Shown here: in pieces, positions 13,830-27,432 of the stretch
Position numbering within the stretch: the first letter of the stretch is position 1
Layout: each line of letters opens with the position of its first letter
Source of the DNA: the human T2T-CHM13v2.0 reference genome, Homo sapiens
Strand: one strand, 5' to 3'
Length of the DNA: 64,000 nt
Assembly: GCF_009914755.1 (NCBI RefSeq)
Contig: NC_060926.1
The notes under the pieces: model-generated
The model's input: only the letters and a program-made list of their open reading frames with translations
The model's database searches: none
What the model was told of the DNA's origin: nothing
Translations under genes and position numbers: made by a program

Positions 13830-14290
13830 AACTCTCCAAGTTTTAGCCAAGCCCATGACCACCCACTTAAAGATTGTATCTCCCAGCCCCCTTGCGAGTC
13901 CATTTGGTTATATAATTAATTTATTACCAGTGGAACATAAGCAATGTATACAATGACTAAGTGTTAACCATTAAGTAATTGAAAGGGTAATCCTTCTCTC
14001 TTCTCACCTTCCCAAAGCTGCAATATTATAGAATATACTATTGATATAGATTCTAATCTTAACTGACTACGAAGCTGATGGAACAGGTACATAGTCCAGC
14101 AGAACTACCTATTGGTAGTTATTAGGTTCACCTAAATAACTTGGGTATTTAGGTGACCTTGTAGAGCAGAACTACCTATAAGTATATATACATGTACCTT
14201 CTCAATATCTCTGGCCAGTTAAGCAGAAAGGAAATAAGACACTAACTTGATAAAGACTTAAAATTTGGAATTTCAGTATAGTTGTTAAGA
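13830..14290 (+). mobile_element. Old MaLR LTR (MLT1H/J/K class)
   Basis: gattgtatctcccagcccccttgcgag...ccagtggaacataagc resembles 'tacatttcccagcctcccttgcagctagg...ccaatggaatgtgagc'. Confidence 0.5.
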
Positions 14291-14719
14291 TTACGAGGTA
14301 CTTTAAGCATTACAGAGGTGTTTTGTATGATAAAGAACAAACACAGGAGCAGAATACCAACTTCCAATATTTATTTATTTTAAGCTGGTTGGGCATGAAA
14401 TGCCAAAATAAGCACTAAGCACAAACAGTGTCAAGTCCAGAACACATTTTTCAAAATAAGGGGAAATAATCATATTTAATACTTGCTTCAACTGAGTCAA
14501 ACAATTTGCAATACCTCAACTCATACAAAGGTTGAAAGTAACACCTCGATTAAGTGTTAGGGCCATTCTAATATGTCAGAAGACCTGGGTTGTGGAAGAG
14601 ATAAAGGAACAACAACAATTTTTACATGTTTTTCAGACATTTACCTCAAATGAAGAGACCTTGGGAAGCAGTAGGAAAGCTAAGGCAATGGCATTTGATA
14701 TAATCATTTAGACTGAAAA

Positions 14720-15065
14720 TGTATGGATTAACTGTAATATACTGTAGTCCTAAGCACCCAATGTGACTGTATTGGGAGATGGGGCCTTTAAGGGGTATGG
14801 GGTAATCAGGGTTAGGTAAAGTCATGGGAATAGGGTTCTCTTGATAAGATTAGCAGCTTTATAAAAAGAAACTCTCTCTCTACCATATGACAAGACAGTG
14901 AAAATGTGGCTGTCTAACTCTTCTTAGGAAGTGGGCCCTCATCAGGAACTAAATTGACATCACCTTGGTCTTGGACTTCCCAGACTCAGGAACTGTGAGA
15001 AATAAATGTTTTTTTTTAAGCCACTCAGGCAAGGGTTTGCTATAGCAGTTGGAGCAGACTAACAC
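14720..15065 (+). mobile_element. MaLR solo LTR, MLT1A-like
   Basis: caatgtgactgtattgggagatggggcctttaag...ttggacttcccagactcaggaactgtgagaaataaatg...gcagactaacaca. Confidence 0.85.
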
Positions 15066-16445
15066 AGTAGACCAATGGTCATACAAAATGCAACAGTAAT
15101 ATATACATTTTTAAGTCAATTTAAAGAAATCAGAGAACTGCTAAGATATCCAAGGCTTGAAGATCCAAATCTTGGAAGAAAGGAATTTCTTTGAGATGAA
15201 TCTAATTATTTTGTGTACAGTTTTTCTTCAGGAATTTGTTGCCAGCAGACTGCACTAAAAGAAATACTTTAAAAGTCTCTGGGTGGGAGGATGGATGGGC
15301 TGAGCAACCAAGTGAAGGTTGAAGTCAAGGTAACCATGACATAAAAGGTCAAGATCTTCACACATCCCCCTACCCCGAAAGGATCCCTGAAAAAGAATGG
15401 AGGTAATTAGAGGTAAGGCTGTATGCAGCAATTTTCCCCTGGAGGTTTTTGCTGAATTCTAATCAAGCGGGGCAAGAGGCAAATAAATAAAAAATAAATA
15501 AATAAATAAAACAAACACTGAAATACAGACCAATGTTTGCACTCTTATCATATTAAGAAAGAAAACTGTAGTTTAGAATTCACCAAGAAATAAGGGTGCC
15601 AATAAACATTCAAAGTTTGCAGCCAATATGAATGGAGGCCTATGCCATAGGAATTACTGTTAACAAGAGATAATATCAGATTTCCAAAAGTGAAATCCCA
15701 CTGGAGTCAGCTTAGACTGTAATGTGGGATAATCTCCCCTGTACAGCTCTTTGATGAAGGACAAAGTAAATGTTTTCTGACAGTAAATCAAATAAGTCAT
15801 AGTCTCTAAAATTTGACGTGGACAATATTAAAATATTATTAAAATTATCATTTATATTAACAAAAACAAAAAAGGGAAACTAGCTTATAGAAGCAAACTC
15901 AGGGTGACATATACTTTGCACTAATTGGTAATAATTTTTTTAAACTGCGATTAAAACAATGAAGACAATAGTAAGCAATACATAGAATTTTACCAGGGAA
16001 CTAAAGACTATAAGAATTGAATGGAGATTCTGAAATTTTTTTAAAGAATGGAAAATTTAGAATGAATGTATTCAATAACAAATTGGACATAACAGAAGAC
16101 AGATTAAATTAACTAAATAGAGCAGTAGAAAATGATTCATCCAAGAAACAAAGATTTTAAAAAGGAAAATACAGAGGATATTAAACACATGGGGCTTGAT
16201 TTAAATTACTAAATATATATATTATTAGGATCCCAGAAGAGGAAGAGAATGGAACAGAGAAACAACCTTCTAAAGAGGAAAAGGATAAGAATCTTCTAAA
16301 TATAAAGACAAACATCAAAGTAAAATCTCATGAAAATCAAGCAAGATAAACATACAGAAAGACACAACTAGTCACAATGTACAAAAAGCTTCTGAAAATC
16401 AAAAGGTGTATAGTAAATTATAAAAGCAGCCAAATAAAAGATATA

Positions 16446-16782
16446 CAGTTGCTCTCTGCTATTCATGGGGGATTGGTTCCAGGACCTCACAGAGACACCA
16501 ACATCTATAGATGCTCAAATTCCTGATATAAAATGAAGTAGTATTTGCATATCACCTTTGCACATCCTCCTGTATACTTTGAATCACCTCTACATTGCTT
16601 ATAACACCTAATACAATGCAAATGCTATGTAAATAGTTGTTATACTAATTCATTTAAGGAATAATAAAAAATAAAGTCTGTATGTGTTCAGTACAGATGC
16701 AAATTTTTCATAATTTTTCCATTTGCAGTTGATTGAATTCATGGATATAGAACCCGCAGATACAGATATAGAAGACCAAACA
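16446..16782 (+). mobile_element. MER2 (TcMar-Tigger MITE)
   Basis: TA|cagttg...gggggattggttccaggacc...gtagtatttgcatat...gcacatcctcctgtatactttgaatca matches the recalled MER2 consensus. Confidence 0.9.
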
Positions 16783-18443
16783 TATGTCATGTTTAAAGAT
16801 AAAATAATAAAATTTACAGTTTATTTCTAAAATAATTACATAAAAGAGAATAAGTGATACCTTTAAAGTGATGAAGAAAATAACCAGCAAACCTAGAAAT
16901 TATACTTCCATCAAAAATATCATTTAAAAGTAAAAACATTTCCAGACAAACAAAAACAAATATTGTTTCCAGCAGATTGTACTAAAAGAATTACTTTACA
17001 AAATTTCTTCTGACAGAAAAAACATAATCCCAGATGAAAGTAACAATATGCAGTAAGAAGTGAAGAATGACAAAAGGGGTGATTTTGTGGGTAAATGTTA
17101 ATAAATATCTATTGTAGAAACAAGATCATTGATGCATATGAGTTTTTAAAATTTAGAACCATAAATGCATGAAAACAAAACAAAAAAATAGGAGGGAGAA
17201 ATTGATTTAATGAGTTCTAATATATTATTATCCTAGGAAGCAAAGTAATCAGTTATATTAACCCCTAATGATTCAACAATGCATGTAATTTCTAGTAGTA
17301 ATGAAATGTGTATCTCTCTAGCTAGTAGAATGACAAAACAGAATACTGAAAAACTAATAAATAAAAAGAAGACTAAAAGAGAAAAGAAAACAAGAACATA
17401 CAACTGTTGGATCAAGTGGAAAACAAATAGAAAAATAGTAGGTACAAATCCCACTATAGCATTATATTTTCTACATATAAATAAACAGTATACTGATCTA
17501 AAAATGAGTGTGAGAAAATAAAACTACTCTTGATTTCTCAGTGTTCCTGTATAAAGCCCTGGGCTCCCAAGACAAGGAATATTCACAATATAAATATTAG
17601 ACGTTTGTTTTCATTTCTTCTAGATTACTTTTCACATACCTTCAGAGTTAGATCTATAGCATCTAGCTATTTGTCTACTTAATTACCGTCATTCAAGAAG
17701 ACCAAATATTACAGCCCAGAATAGGTCCCTAGCTTAATCCCTAGATGATAATATAACTAGATCACCAGCATCCTAGATATTTTCACTTCAAAATGTATGG
17801 AATCTACACCTTGGAGGTGGCTCTAGGTCAAAAAGCCAGAACCATTGGATCTACTTGCCCTTTGTAAAGACTCATTTAGATTCCTAACATTAGGCTAAGA
17901 ACTCAGGATCCTTTCCATTCCATATCAATACAAAACAAAAAAAATGAGTTCCTTTCTTGTCCTTTTCTTTCTCTCTCTCTTTTGGGAAGGAAGGGGATAG
18001 TTATTTTTCTCCATCCTTTACCTGTAAAGCTACTCATGTTGGAAAGATTTTCATCTGATTTTCATCATGTTGCCCAGGGATATGGCAATTTCTAGGGCAA
18101 TTTTATGCTGATTAAAAAGAAAACACATTTCCATTCTGCATACAGAGGATATCCATCCAATATAAGGACCCAGAGGGTTGAAGAAGAAAGAATAGAAAAC
18201 ATACCCTATATAATACATAATTTTTTAAAAAGCCAAATGAAGTCATACTAATGTATGATCAATTGTATCCAAATGCAAGGAGTGTTACTAGAGATAAAGA
18301 GGAACAGATAAAGCAAACAGGTCAACTCATAAAATAGATATAACAATGTATTTAGAAATAATGAAAATAGAGCATAGAGAATAGAAAACTTTACAATTAT
18401 AGTGGGAGTAACTGATCAAACAACCAGACAAAAAATTCAGTAA

Positions 18444-18890
18444 TGTGAACTCCGAAAATTTGAGACAGGTCTCAGTTAATTTAGAAAGTCTATTTTGCTG
18501 AGGTTGAGGATGCACCCCTGACACAGCCTCAAGAAGTCCTGAGGACATGTGCGCAAGGTGGTAGGGGCACAGCTTGGTTTTATACATTTTAGGGAGACAT
18601 GAGACATCAATCAATATGTGGAAGAAGTACATTGGTTCCATCCAGAAAGTCAGGGACAACTTGAAGCACAGAGGGGGCTTCCAGGACACAGGTAGGTGAC
18701 AGACAAATGGTTGCATTCTTTTGAGTTTCTGGTAAACCATTCTAAATGAGGCGATCAGAATAAGCAACTATGTCAGTGAGCAGAGGGATGACTTAATAGA
18801 ATGGGAAGCAGATTTTCTTTGAGCAGTTCCCAGCTTGAATTTTCCCTTCAGCTCAGTGATTTTGGAGGCCCAAGATATTTTCCTTTCACA
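18444..18890 (-). mobile_element. MER4A1 solo LTR (ERV1) with 4-bp TSD GTAA
   Basis: TG...CA ends; the minus strand begins tgtgaaaggaaaatatcttgggcc. gtaa at 18440-18443 and 18891-18894. Confidence 0.93.
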
Positions 18891-21478
18891 GTAACTATTT
18901 AGAATACCTGAAAAATATTAACAAACTTGACTTAAATTGCATATACAAATAGGGGACTAAGAAGTAGACATTCTTTTAAACACGGAAATTTTATTTCATC
19001 GATGAAATACTAGAATACAAAACAATTCTTCACAACTTTCAAATTATTTAAATCAGGTATAGTACAACTACAAAAAATAAAAATATAAATATAACTAGAA
19101 AAGCCCCACTGTTTGGAATTTAAGAAAACACACTTATAAATAACCCATGCATAAATAAGTAGTTATAATAAAAACTAAAAAATATTTTTAAGTGAATGGG
19201 AAAAGCAATACAACATATAAAAATGCTGTTTATAAGAAAATTTATAGACTTAAACTACATATAAAATACATACATTAGAACAAAAAAGAATGAAATTAAT
19301 GATTAAAGTATCTACCTTATTAAATTAGAAATATAATGTCAAATTAAACTTCTACAGTAGGAAAAAGAAAATAATAAAAATAAAATCAGAAATTAATCAT
19401 ATACCAAAAACTGTGATATAGAGTCACAAAATAAAATAAAATCAATTTCTTTGAGAAGGTTATTAAAGTTGATAAATACTAGCAAGACTGATAAAAAGAA
19501 AATTACCAATATAGAAATAGAAAAGATAACATTGCTGTAATACAGATCCTACAGGTACTGAAAACAATAAAAGGATATAATGGGCAATTTTATGGGAATA
19601 AGAAAATTACTAAACAAATTCCTAGAAAAACACAAGTTAAAAATGACTGCAGAAGAAATATAAACACCTGAAGCTTCTGGTGTTTATAAATAAAAGCCTT
19701 CTCACGAAGAGGTCAGCTTTAGATGGTCAAAGGTGAAGTCTCCCTAACATCTGAATATCAAAAAGCACCAATGTTGCAAAAAGTTTTCCAGATAACATAA
19801 AAAGAATGAACATTTACCATTTGGTCTTAGGCCGTTAACAGAACTTTTATTCTAAATTGTAACAAGAATGTTTCAGAAAAGAAAAATTACTGGCTAATCT
19901 CGCTTACGATCATAAATATAAAAATCTCTAACACCATTTTATTGAACAAAATTCAGCTATCTTTTAAAAGGGTAATACATTAAGACAAATGTGATTTATT
20001 TCATGATTGTAAGTTAGTTTAAATTGGGAAATTAATGATAAATAGAATAAACAGGAAATTATATGATCATATCAATAGATGTAGAAAATAGTTGATAAAA
20101 TTCAACATACGTTTATATTAAAACTTTCAGTGACCTAGAAATAAAATAAAACTTATCTATGAAATTTATTCTTAAAAATCCAATTGTATATATCATATTA
20201 ATATAAAATATTGAAAGTTTTCCCCTTAAGACTGAGAATGAGACAAGGATATTGTTGTCACTACTACTTAACATCACTCTTGAAGTGCTTGCTAATGCAA
20301 AAAGACAAAAGAAATAAAACGCGAAGATTAGAGACACAATGAACTTATTGATTTTATAGGCAGCATAATACCATATTTAGAAAATCCAAGAGAATCTACA
20401 AACAAGATTAATGAGTATTTAGATACATTGTTAAATACAAGGAAAACTTATAGTTTTAATTTATGCAGTGAAAATGGAAAACTAACAATCATTTGCAATT
20501 GCATCAAAAATCAACACATCATAGTCCAGTGAAATATGCACAGAAATTCTATGAAAAAAACTGGGAAGAACTGAAGAAGATTTATATAAAGTAGCATTTT
20601 AATCCATTTATAGATTGAAAGATACTATTGTGCAGATGTTGGTTTTATTTTTTACATGTATAAGCTAATTCTAAAATTTATGTGAACATTTAAAAAATAG
20701 AAAATAAGATATTGAAGAAAAGTTGTCAGAATTAGACTATTAGATGAAATTAAATATCTCACAGGATAGGGGAATAATTCCCTGATCTTGTAGCCAGGAA
20801 AAATTTCTTATGAAGGGAAACATTCTGATCTTAAAGAGAAAGATCAATACATTGAAATAAATTAAAATTTAAGAATTGTTGCCCATTTTCACATATATTA
20901 AAAGAGTGAAAATTCAACATGCACAGAGAAATAATATTTATAAATATAATTTTTAAAGTTTTTGAACAAATCAATATGAAACATAAAAACAGGTAAAAGA
21001 TTTGAATAAATATTTTACATAAGAGGTGATAATAAACATATGAAAATGCACTCAAATCATTAGTTATAAAAACTTTAATTAAAATGGCAATGAAATACTA
21101 TGACATGGAAACGACAAGTCTGAGACTTCTTACATTGTGGTACATCACCTTATTCCAAATTTTATCAGAACCAATGTCAGACAGCTAATGAGTGATAGAC
21201 ATTTAAAAAAATTAGGCTGTTCTTGTTTGAGATGCCATATAAATATCCATAGGAAGAGGGCCTAAATCAAATACATGTTTATAGAAAAAACGTAACTGTA
21301 AGCCAGAAAAACAGTTAAAATTACAGTTTTTATTTATTTTTTCAAACTTAAGAAAAAATTTGTCAGAGTTTCAACCTACAAAATAACACTACTACCCTGC
21401 ATTTGTAAAATAATTTCACTTTTTGTTGTTTAATAAAAATTATTTTTATTAATTTTTATCAATTATTAAATATTTTAA

Positions 21479-21560
21479 AAATATTTCACAGGATAGGAGA
21501 ATTATTCCCTGATCTTGCAGTCAGCAAAAATTTCTTATGAAGGGAAACATTTTGATCTTA
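21479..21560 (+). repeat. Dispersed direct copy of 20752-20833 (82 bp)
   Basis: Ungapped hand alignment, 75/82 identical, offset 727 bp. Confidence 0.95.
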
Positions 21561-22134
21561 TATTATTTAGGAGAATAAGAGAATTATTTCTCTGTTTTAA
21601 GATCATTATTTTACTAAGCCTCACAATAATTGTATAAGTTTGTCAGAAAATAAGATAGTTTCATAATTGTATTAAAAACTGGTAATTAGGGAGATGAAAA
21701 GATCCCCAAAATGAGCCAATCTGTTAAAGTCTTTAATCAAGTGCTAGTTTCTGCCCTCAGCATAGAGTAATCTGTACAGTTTTTAATGCTATTTCAATTT
21801 CTTTCAGTAATGACATTATGTAATAGGCACAGAAGAATGAACATAATAACAACTAAGAGCCTTTTATTTCCATTGTTCCTTACTTTTCCTTAAGGATGTC
21901 TTGTCTTAGAATCTTCTAAAAGCTTATTCAAGTCAACACTAGTTGTCAACAAGACCAGCAGCAAAGTTTTCATTCTGAAAGCAACCAACATTGCCATTGA
22001 TTTTTTTTTTCTATACTCTCCATTGGATTTTCTTTCTTCTTTCCTTTCTATTGGATTTCTTATTTCCTCTATCACCTGTATTTTCTTTTCTTAGGTAACC
22101 CCATTGTTTTATTAGAGTATATCACTCATTATTC

Positions 22135-22490
22135 ACTGTTAGTTAGGCTGTAAAAATATTTCAGCAGAAAACACAACACAGGTTTATTTTTCACTCATAT
22201 TAATGCTGGTGTGGATTAGGTGACTCATCAGGGCAGCAGTGACTTAGTGAATTGGGCTAATTTATTCTTGTGACTGTGTCCTCCCTTGTCACTTTGGAGG
22301 TAAAGTGGAAAGTGCAGAAATTCCCCATCAACTCTTCAATTCTTAGTCCACAAAGTGGTCCATGTTATTTCCACTCAGCTCAGAAAACTAGGTTCAGAAT
22401 CTGTATGTTATCTATGCAACTGCAAGGAGGTAAAAAGTATAGTCCATCTAGGTTCCCAGTAAAAACAAGGGAATCTAACGTTGGTAGACA
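22135..22490 (-). mobile_element. Old MaLR LTR (MLT1K/L class)
   Basis: acaacacaggtttatttttcactcat...cagtgacttag...aactgcaaggaggtaaaaagtatagtcc, typical of antisense old MLT1. Confidence 0.5.
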
Positions 22491-23186
22491 ACTTAAATGT
22501 TTACAGCAAAAAAAATTTTGAAATTTTTGTATATCTGAAAACAACTTTATTCTACCATCTGTTTTTATTGGTAGTTGATGTTGATATTAAATTCTATGAA
22601 ATTAATTTAACCAAAATATTGAATAAGTTTTTCATTGATTTATTTTTTCCAGTTGATGCTCTTGATAAATCTAATATCATCATGATTCTTGGACCCTTGA
22701 ATTCTATAATTGTGTAGCAACATATCTCATGATAGACATTAAAGATGGCATAAAATATCACCCTGGAGATCAATTTCCTTCCATTCCAGAGATTTTTATT
22801 TCTTTGGATATTGTTCACAATTTTGTATTATTTCTGTAAATCTTAGTATTTATATTAGAGCAATAGATTGAGACCCTATACTAATTAATCAAAATATTTT
22901 AAATTTCTGAAAGCCTTTACTGTATCCCTGCCCTAAATATTTCATGTCTGACTGCTATTTAAAAAAGAAATGAAAGATAAAATAAATGTCTTAAATATTA
23001 CTTGTCTCGCAGTTGATCAAACATCCTATCTATTTTTCTCCTCTCTCTGAGGCATAAACATCACTTCTGTCCAAATCTAATTACCTCACTCAACAATTTT
23101 GTTTCCATCTTCTAACTCTTTTACATGCTTGTTCCTCCATAAGATGAATTTTGAACTCTACCCCACCTTCCTAAGAAGCTGTATAT

Positions 23187-24505
23187 TTGTTTTTTTTATT
23201 GAGGTACAATTCACATAACATAAAATTAACCATGTTAATATAAACAATTTGGTAGTGTTTAGTATATTTACAATATTGTACAATCACCATTATCTGTCTA
23301 GTTCCAAAACATTTTTATCACATATCCCCCAAATTCATACATATAAATATTCATTCCCCATCCTCCACTCCCCCACTGTCCCTTCAGTCCCTGGAAACAA
23401 ACTGCATTCTCTCTGTATGTATTTATTTAAATACTTTCTATAAATGTAATCATGTAATGGTAATAATCATGCAACTATAAAAATGACCTTTTATGTTTGG
23501 TTTATTTTACGAAGCATGTTTTTGAGGTTTATCTATGTTATAGCAAGCTTCAGTCCTTCATTATTTTATGGCTGAATATTATTATATCATATGGATATAC
23601 CACATCTTGTTTGCCCATTTGTCGGTTGATAAACTTAGGTTGTTTCCACCTTTTGGCTATTGTGAATAGTGCTGCTGTTAACATCCATGTACAAGTTTTT
23701 GCTTGAGTATCTGTTTTTAATTTTTTTGGTAAATACCTACGAGGAGAATCCTGGGTCATATAATACTTTCAGATTTAATTTTTTGAGGTACTGACAAACT
23801 TTTTCCCACAATGGCTGAATAAATTACATTCCTTTCAGCAAGGTTTAAGAGTGTCTCCTTGTATCTTCACTAACACTTGTTATTTTCTGTTTTTTTGCTT
23901 ATTTTTGCTTTGTGTGTAGTTATAGCCATTCTAATGGATATAAGATGGTATCTTATTGTGGTTTTGATTTGCATTAGTTACTATGGTGACTAACGATGTT
24001 GAGCAACTTTTCATGTACTTCTTGGGCATTTGTATATCTTTTGCTCATACTTAAATTGGTTTATTTCACTTTTTGTTGTTGCGTGGTGAGAATTATTTAT
24101 ATATTCTGCATATATCACCTTTATCTTATATGTGATTTTCAAATATTCACTCCCATTTTATAGGTTGTATTTTAACTTTCTTGATAATGCCTTTGAAGCA
24201 GAAAAGTATTTCATTTTAATGGGGTTTAATTTATCTGCTTGTTTTAGATTTTGTTACTTGCATTTTTGGTGTCATGTCTAAGAATCCATTGTCAAATTCA
24301 AGGTAATAAAGTTGTAATCATTTTCTTCTAAAAGCTTTATAGTATTAGCTCTTACATTTAGGTTATTTGATTGAGTTAATTTTTGTAAATAGTGTAAGGT
24401 AGGAGTCCAACATCAGTCTTTTACTCGGGGATACCAAGTGATCTCAATAGCATTTGTTGAAGACAATTTCCTTTCCACGTTGTGTATTCTTTCCACTCTT
24501 GTCAG
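23187..24505 (-). mobile_element. L1MB-type 3' end and ORF2 C-terminal remnant
   Basis: tttattgaggtacaattcacataacataaaattaacc 3'UTR; ORF 23550-23759 reads [21 protein letters not shown], the L1 ORF2 C-terminus. Confidence 0.88.
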
Positions 24506-24514
24506 GGATCAGGT

Positions 24515-25058
24515 CAAAACAACTGTCCATCAACAGATGAGTAGATTAAAAATGTGACAAATAAATACAATGGATCATCATTTTGCCTTAGAAAAAGAGA
24601 AGAATCCTGCCATTTGTAACATGGATGAAGTTGGAGGACATTATGCTAAGTAAAAGAAACTAGTCATAAACGGACAAATACTTCATAGTTCCACTTATAT
24701 GAGATATTCATAATAGTCAAACTCATAGAAGCAGAGAATATTGATTGCCATGGGCTGGGAAATACGGGATATGGGAAATTGCCAAGCGTTACGATAGATG
24801 AATAACAGATCTTCTGTGCAACATAGTACCTATATTTAATATGGTATTGTGCACTTCAAAATCTGTTTAAAAAGGATATCTTGTGTTGTGTTCATATGCT
24901 CTCTACAAAAAAATGGACACAAGGAAACTTTAGGAGATATTGGACATGTCTATTATCTTGTTTGTGGTGATGTTCATATATGTGCAAATTCATGAAAGTG
25001 GACACATTAAATATGAGCAGGTTTTCTATATCAATAATACCTCAAAAAGCTGTTAAAA
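24515..25058 (+). mobile_element. L1MB1/2-like 3' end
   Basis: tgtccatcaacagatgag...ggaggacattatgctaagt...gtcaaactcatagaagcagag...tacctcaaaaagctgttaaaa. Confidence 0.85.
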
Positions 25059-25674
25059 TTGTGTGACATATAAGAATAATGAAGATATTAATTTAAATGT
25101 CATAGAATACTATCGGTGTATCAGTGTATTAAATAGCTCTAAATGCTCATAGTAACTAGAACAACGCCTACCACACAATCGACACTAAATCATTATCAAT
25201 TTTCTTCTTTTTCTCTCCTTTTATGTTTTAGTTGGTCAATTTTAAAAACATGCATTAAAGAAGATTGACAGTTATTGTCATAATTATATTTTCTTTCAAT
25301 TTTGTTGTGAAGTTAAATGTAGAGGATTTATATTTCCTTCCACATTAAGAAGAAGATAATCTATTATTAGTTGTCACTGTCATATAAGTACATATTCTTT
25401 ATTTTTCACAGAATACTGAATCTTGTTCTAGTTAAGTATTTGAACACTTTTAATTCATGTGACTATATGATTATACTTCATATGTTAACTCATGTGACAG
25501 AATGAAAAAAATATTATTTCAACTTTTTAAAAAATTTTTTTCTTACAATAGTTTGCAATTATTGAGAAAAAATGAATATATTATTGTTATATATAAGGAC
25601 ACTGTCCTAGAAACTGACCACCATGCACATTAAAATAAATTATTAAAGAAAATAATCAACCTCATCACTATCAC

Positions 25675-25900
25675 CTAACATTTATATTGTGCTTATTATA
25701 CATGATACACTGTTCAAGTCCTTAAGATTTATTGTTATTCAATTCTCTCAACATTGTTATATTAAGTATTTTTCTTTTATAGATGCAAAAGCCTGAGGCA
25801 CAAAAAGCTTTTAAAATCTTGCCCAATATTACAGAACTTGGAAGCGTTAGAACTTACAGCTCAACTCAGACAGTCTTCATTGTTTCTGCTCCTAATCACT
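25675..25900 (-). mobile_element. MIR SINE
   Basis: ctaacatttat...ttttatagatgcaaaagcctgaggcaca...cttgcccaatattacag. Confidence 0.7.
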
Positions 25901-27432
25901 TGACTGATAGGTATTTTTCAATTTGTGTCATTATTTAAGTTAATGTATTTTACTGATTCCTGAGTGGAATAAAATTTAAATGAGTACATGATTTTTCTAA
26001 ACTTGTACTAATTTTATATTAAAATATACGTTCATTTGTTATAAATTCATGCAGTTCTGGATTCTGTGAATTACTAATTGTTTCTGGACAAAATTAACAG
26101 AGAGAAAATTGTTCTTATATTTTCTAAGGAACAGTTTTATCAGCAGTTTTTTATTTATTTATTTTTATTTATTTATTTTTTCCTGATTGCTTAAGTGTCA
26201 TTTTGAGGAATAAACTAGATAATGACTTTAAGGAAAAAGTGAAACATTGAATTTCCTCTTAAATATTAACAAGTTTAATATGTAAATAAAATAGCATAAA
26301 ATATTATATTCCAGAGGTAATTAAAAACGACAATACCATTAAAAGTGCCGTCTTCAAGTGAGATTTTTATATTTTTATTTTTTGTTGCATTTTATGTTTT
26401 ATCTTTCCAATAGTGAATGAATAGTAAAATACCGTGACTAGTGATAGTAGTGTTCTGTTTATGTTATGTGGATTTCGACATCAAATATCTAGAGAGTGAC
26501 AAAAAGTGGTGATTTTTAAGAGTATACTACAAAAACCAAATTTGCTAAAGGTTAAATGGTGCTAACAAAGAAATATTAACTGCAAAGAAAATGACATTTT
26601 TAAACCTGTCCTAGAATGCACTTTATATTAATATTTGTAAATTTATACATTATACATTGGTTCCTAAAAGGAGATCAGGGGCTATTTTATTTACATAAAA
26701 TAAAGCAAACTATTACTATTGATATTACTATTTCTAAGTCCTACTTTGATATAGAAAGTGATCATATAAAGTCTGGAAATTATACTTCTTAAATATCACC
26801 AGATATTATCAGCTGGGATAATCTTTACCTGTTCCTTCTTTTGGAGGGCAAATTAGGACATGATTGGGGTTCACATAGTATGCAATTAACGTCTCTGAGT
26901 AATCAGGACTTCCAGTACCCTGATTGTGCCTATCTGATTCTTCCTGAAAAAAAATTACCAGGAATGATAAAGAGGTGATCACGTATATGGTTAATTATTT
27001 TTAAATGTCCATTTATTTATTTAATCTAATGGAGAAGTCAATATTAAAATTCTTGAAATTGTCCAGTTGGCAATAAGTAATATAAAATGCTTTTCTGTCT
27101 TAAACTACAGTTTCCAAATACTTCTGTGATGTGAATTCCACTACCTCTAAGCAGAGAAATTTGAGAAAAATACTTTGCAATATAAAAAATATTAACATTA
27201 TTCACTAATATTTTCAACTTATAAATTTGAACTACATCTGCAATTATACTGAGTATTTTTATAGTGAATATAATTTCTATATATATGTTTGATCATTTTT
27301 GCTCTTATGAAAACACAATATACGTTTAGTTTGTATTGTAGAGACATGGAATTTAGTGAAAAATATGCTTCCTTCTATTCCTAACTAGATATTACCACTT
27401 GTGGTTTCAATAGGAACCTCACACTTACTGAA

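Larger units (their letters stand above)
15070..21105 (+). mobile_element. Ancient L1M LINE-1, fragmented (5'UTR/ORF1/ORF2 remnants), interrupted by MER2, MER4A1 and an unassigned segment at about 17530-18110
   Basis: A-rich sense strand. ORF1-like ccagaagaggaagagaatgg and ccagcagattgtactaaaagaa; ORF2-like atgatcatatcaatagatgtagaaaa, ttgaaagttttccccttaagactgagaatgagacaaggat and atttagaaaatccaagagaatctaca. Confidence 0.75.

Noticed and set aside
18327-18767. 146-aa ORF with an apparent paralog at 45136-45372
   Set aside because: The similarity arises because both are translations of MER4A1 LTR copies.
23187-25058. Opposite-orientation L1 pieces as a twin-priming inversion
   Set aside because: Both pieces contain an ORF2 end and their own, different 3'UTR, so they are two separate insertions.
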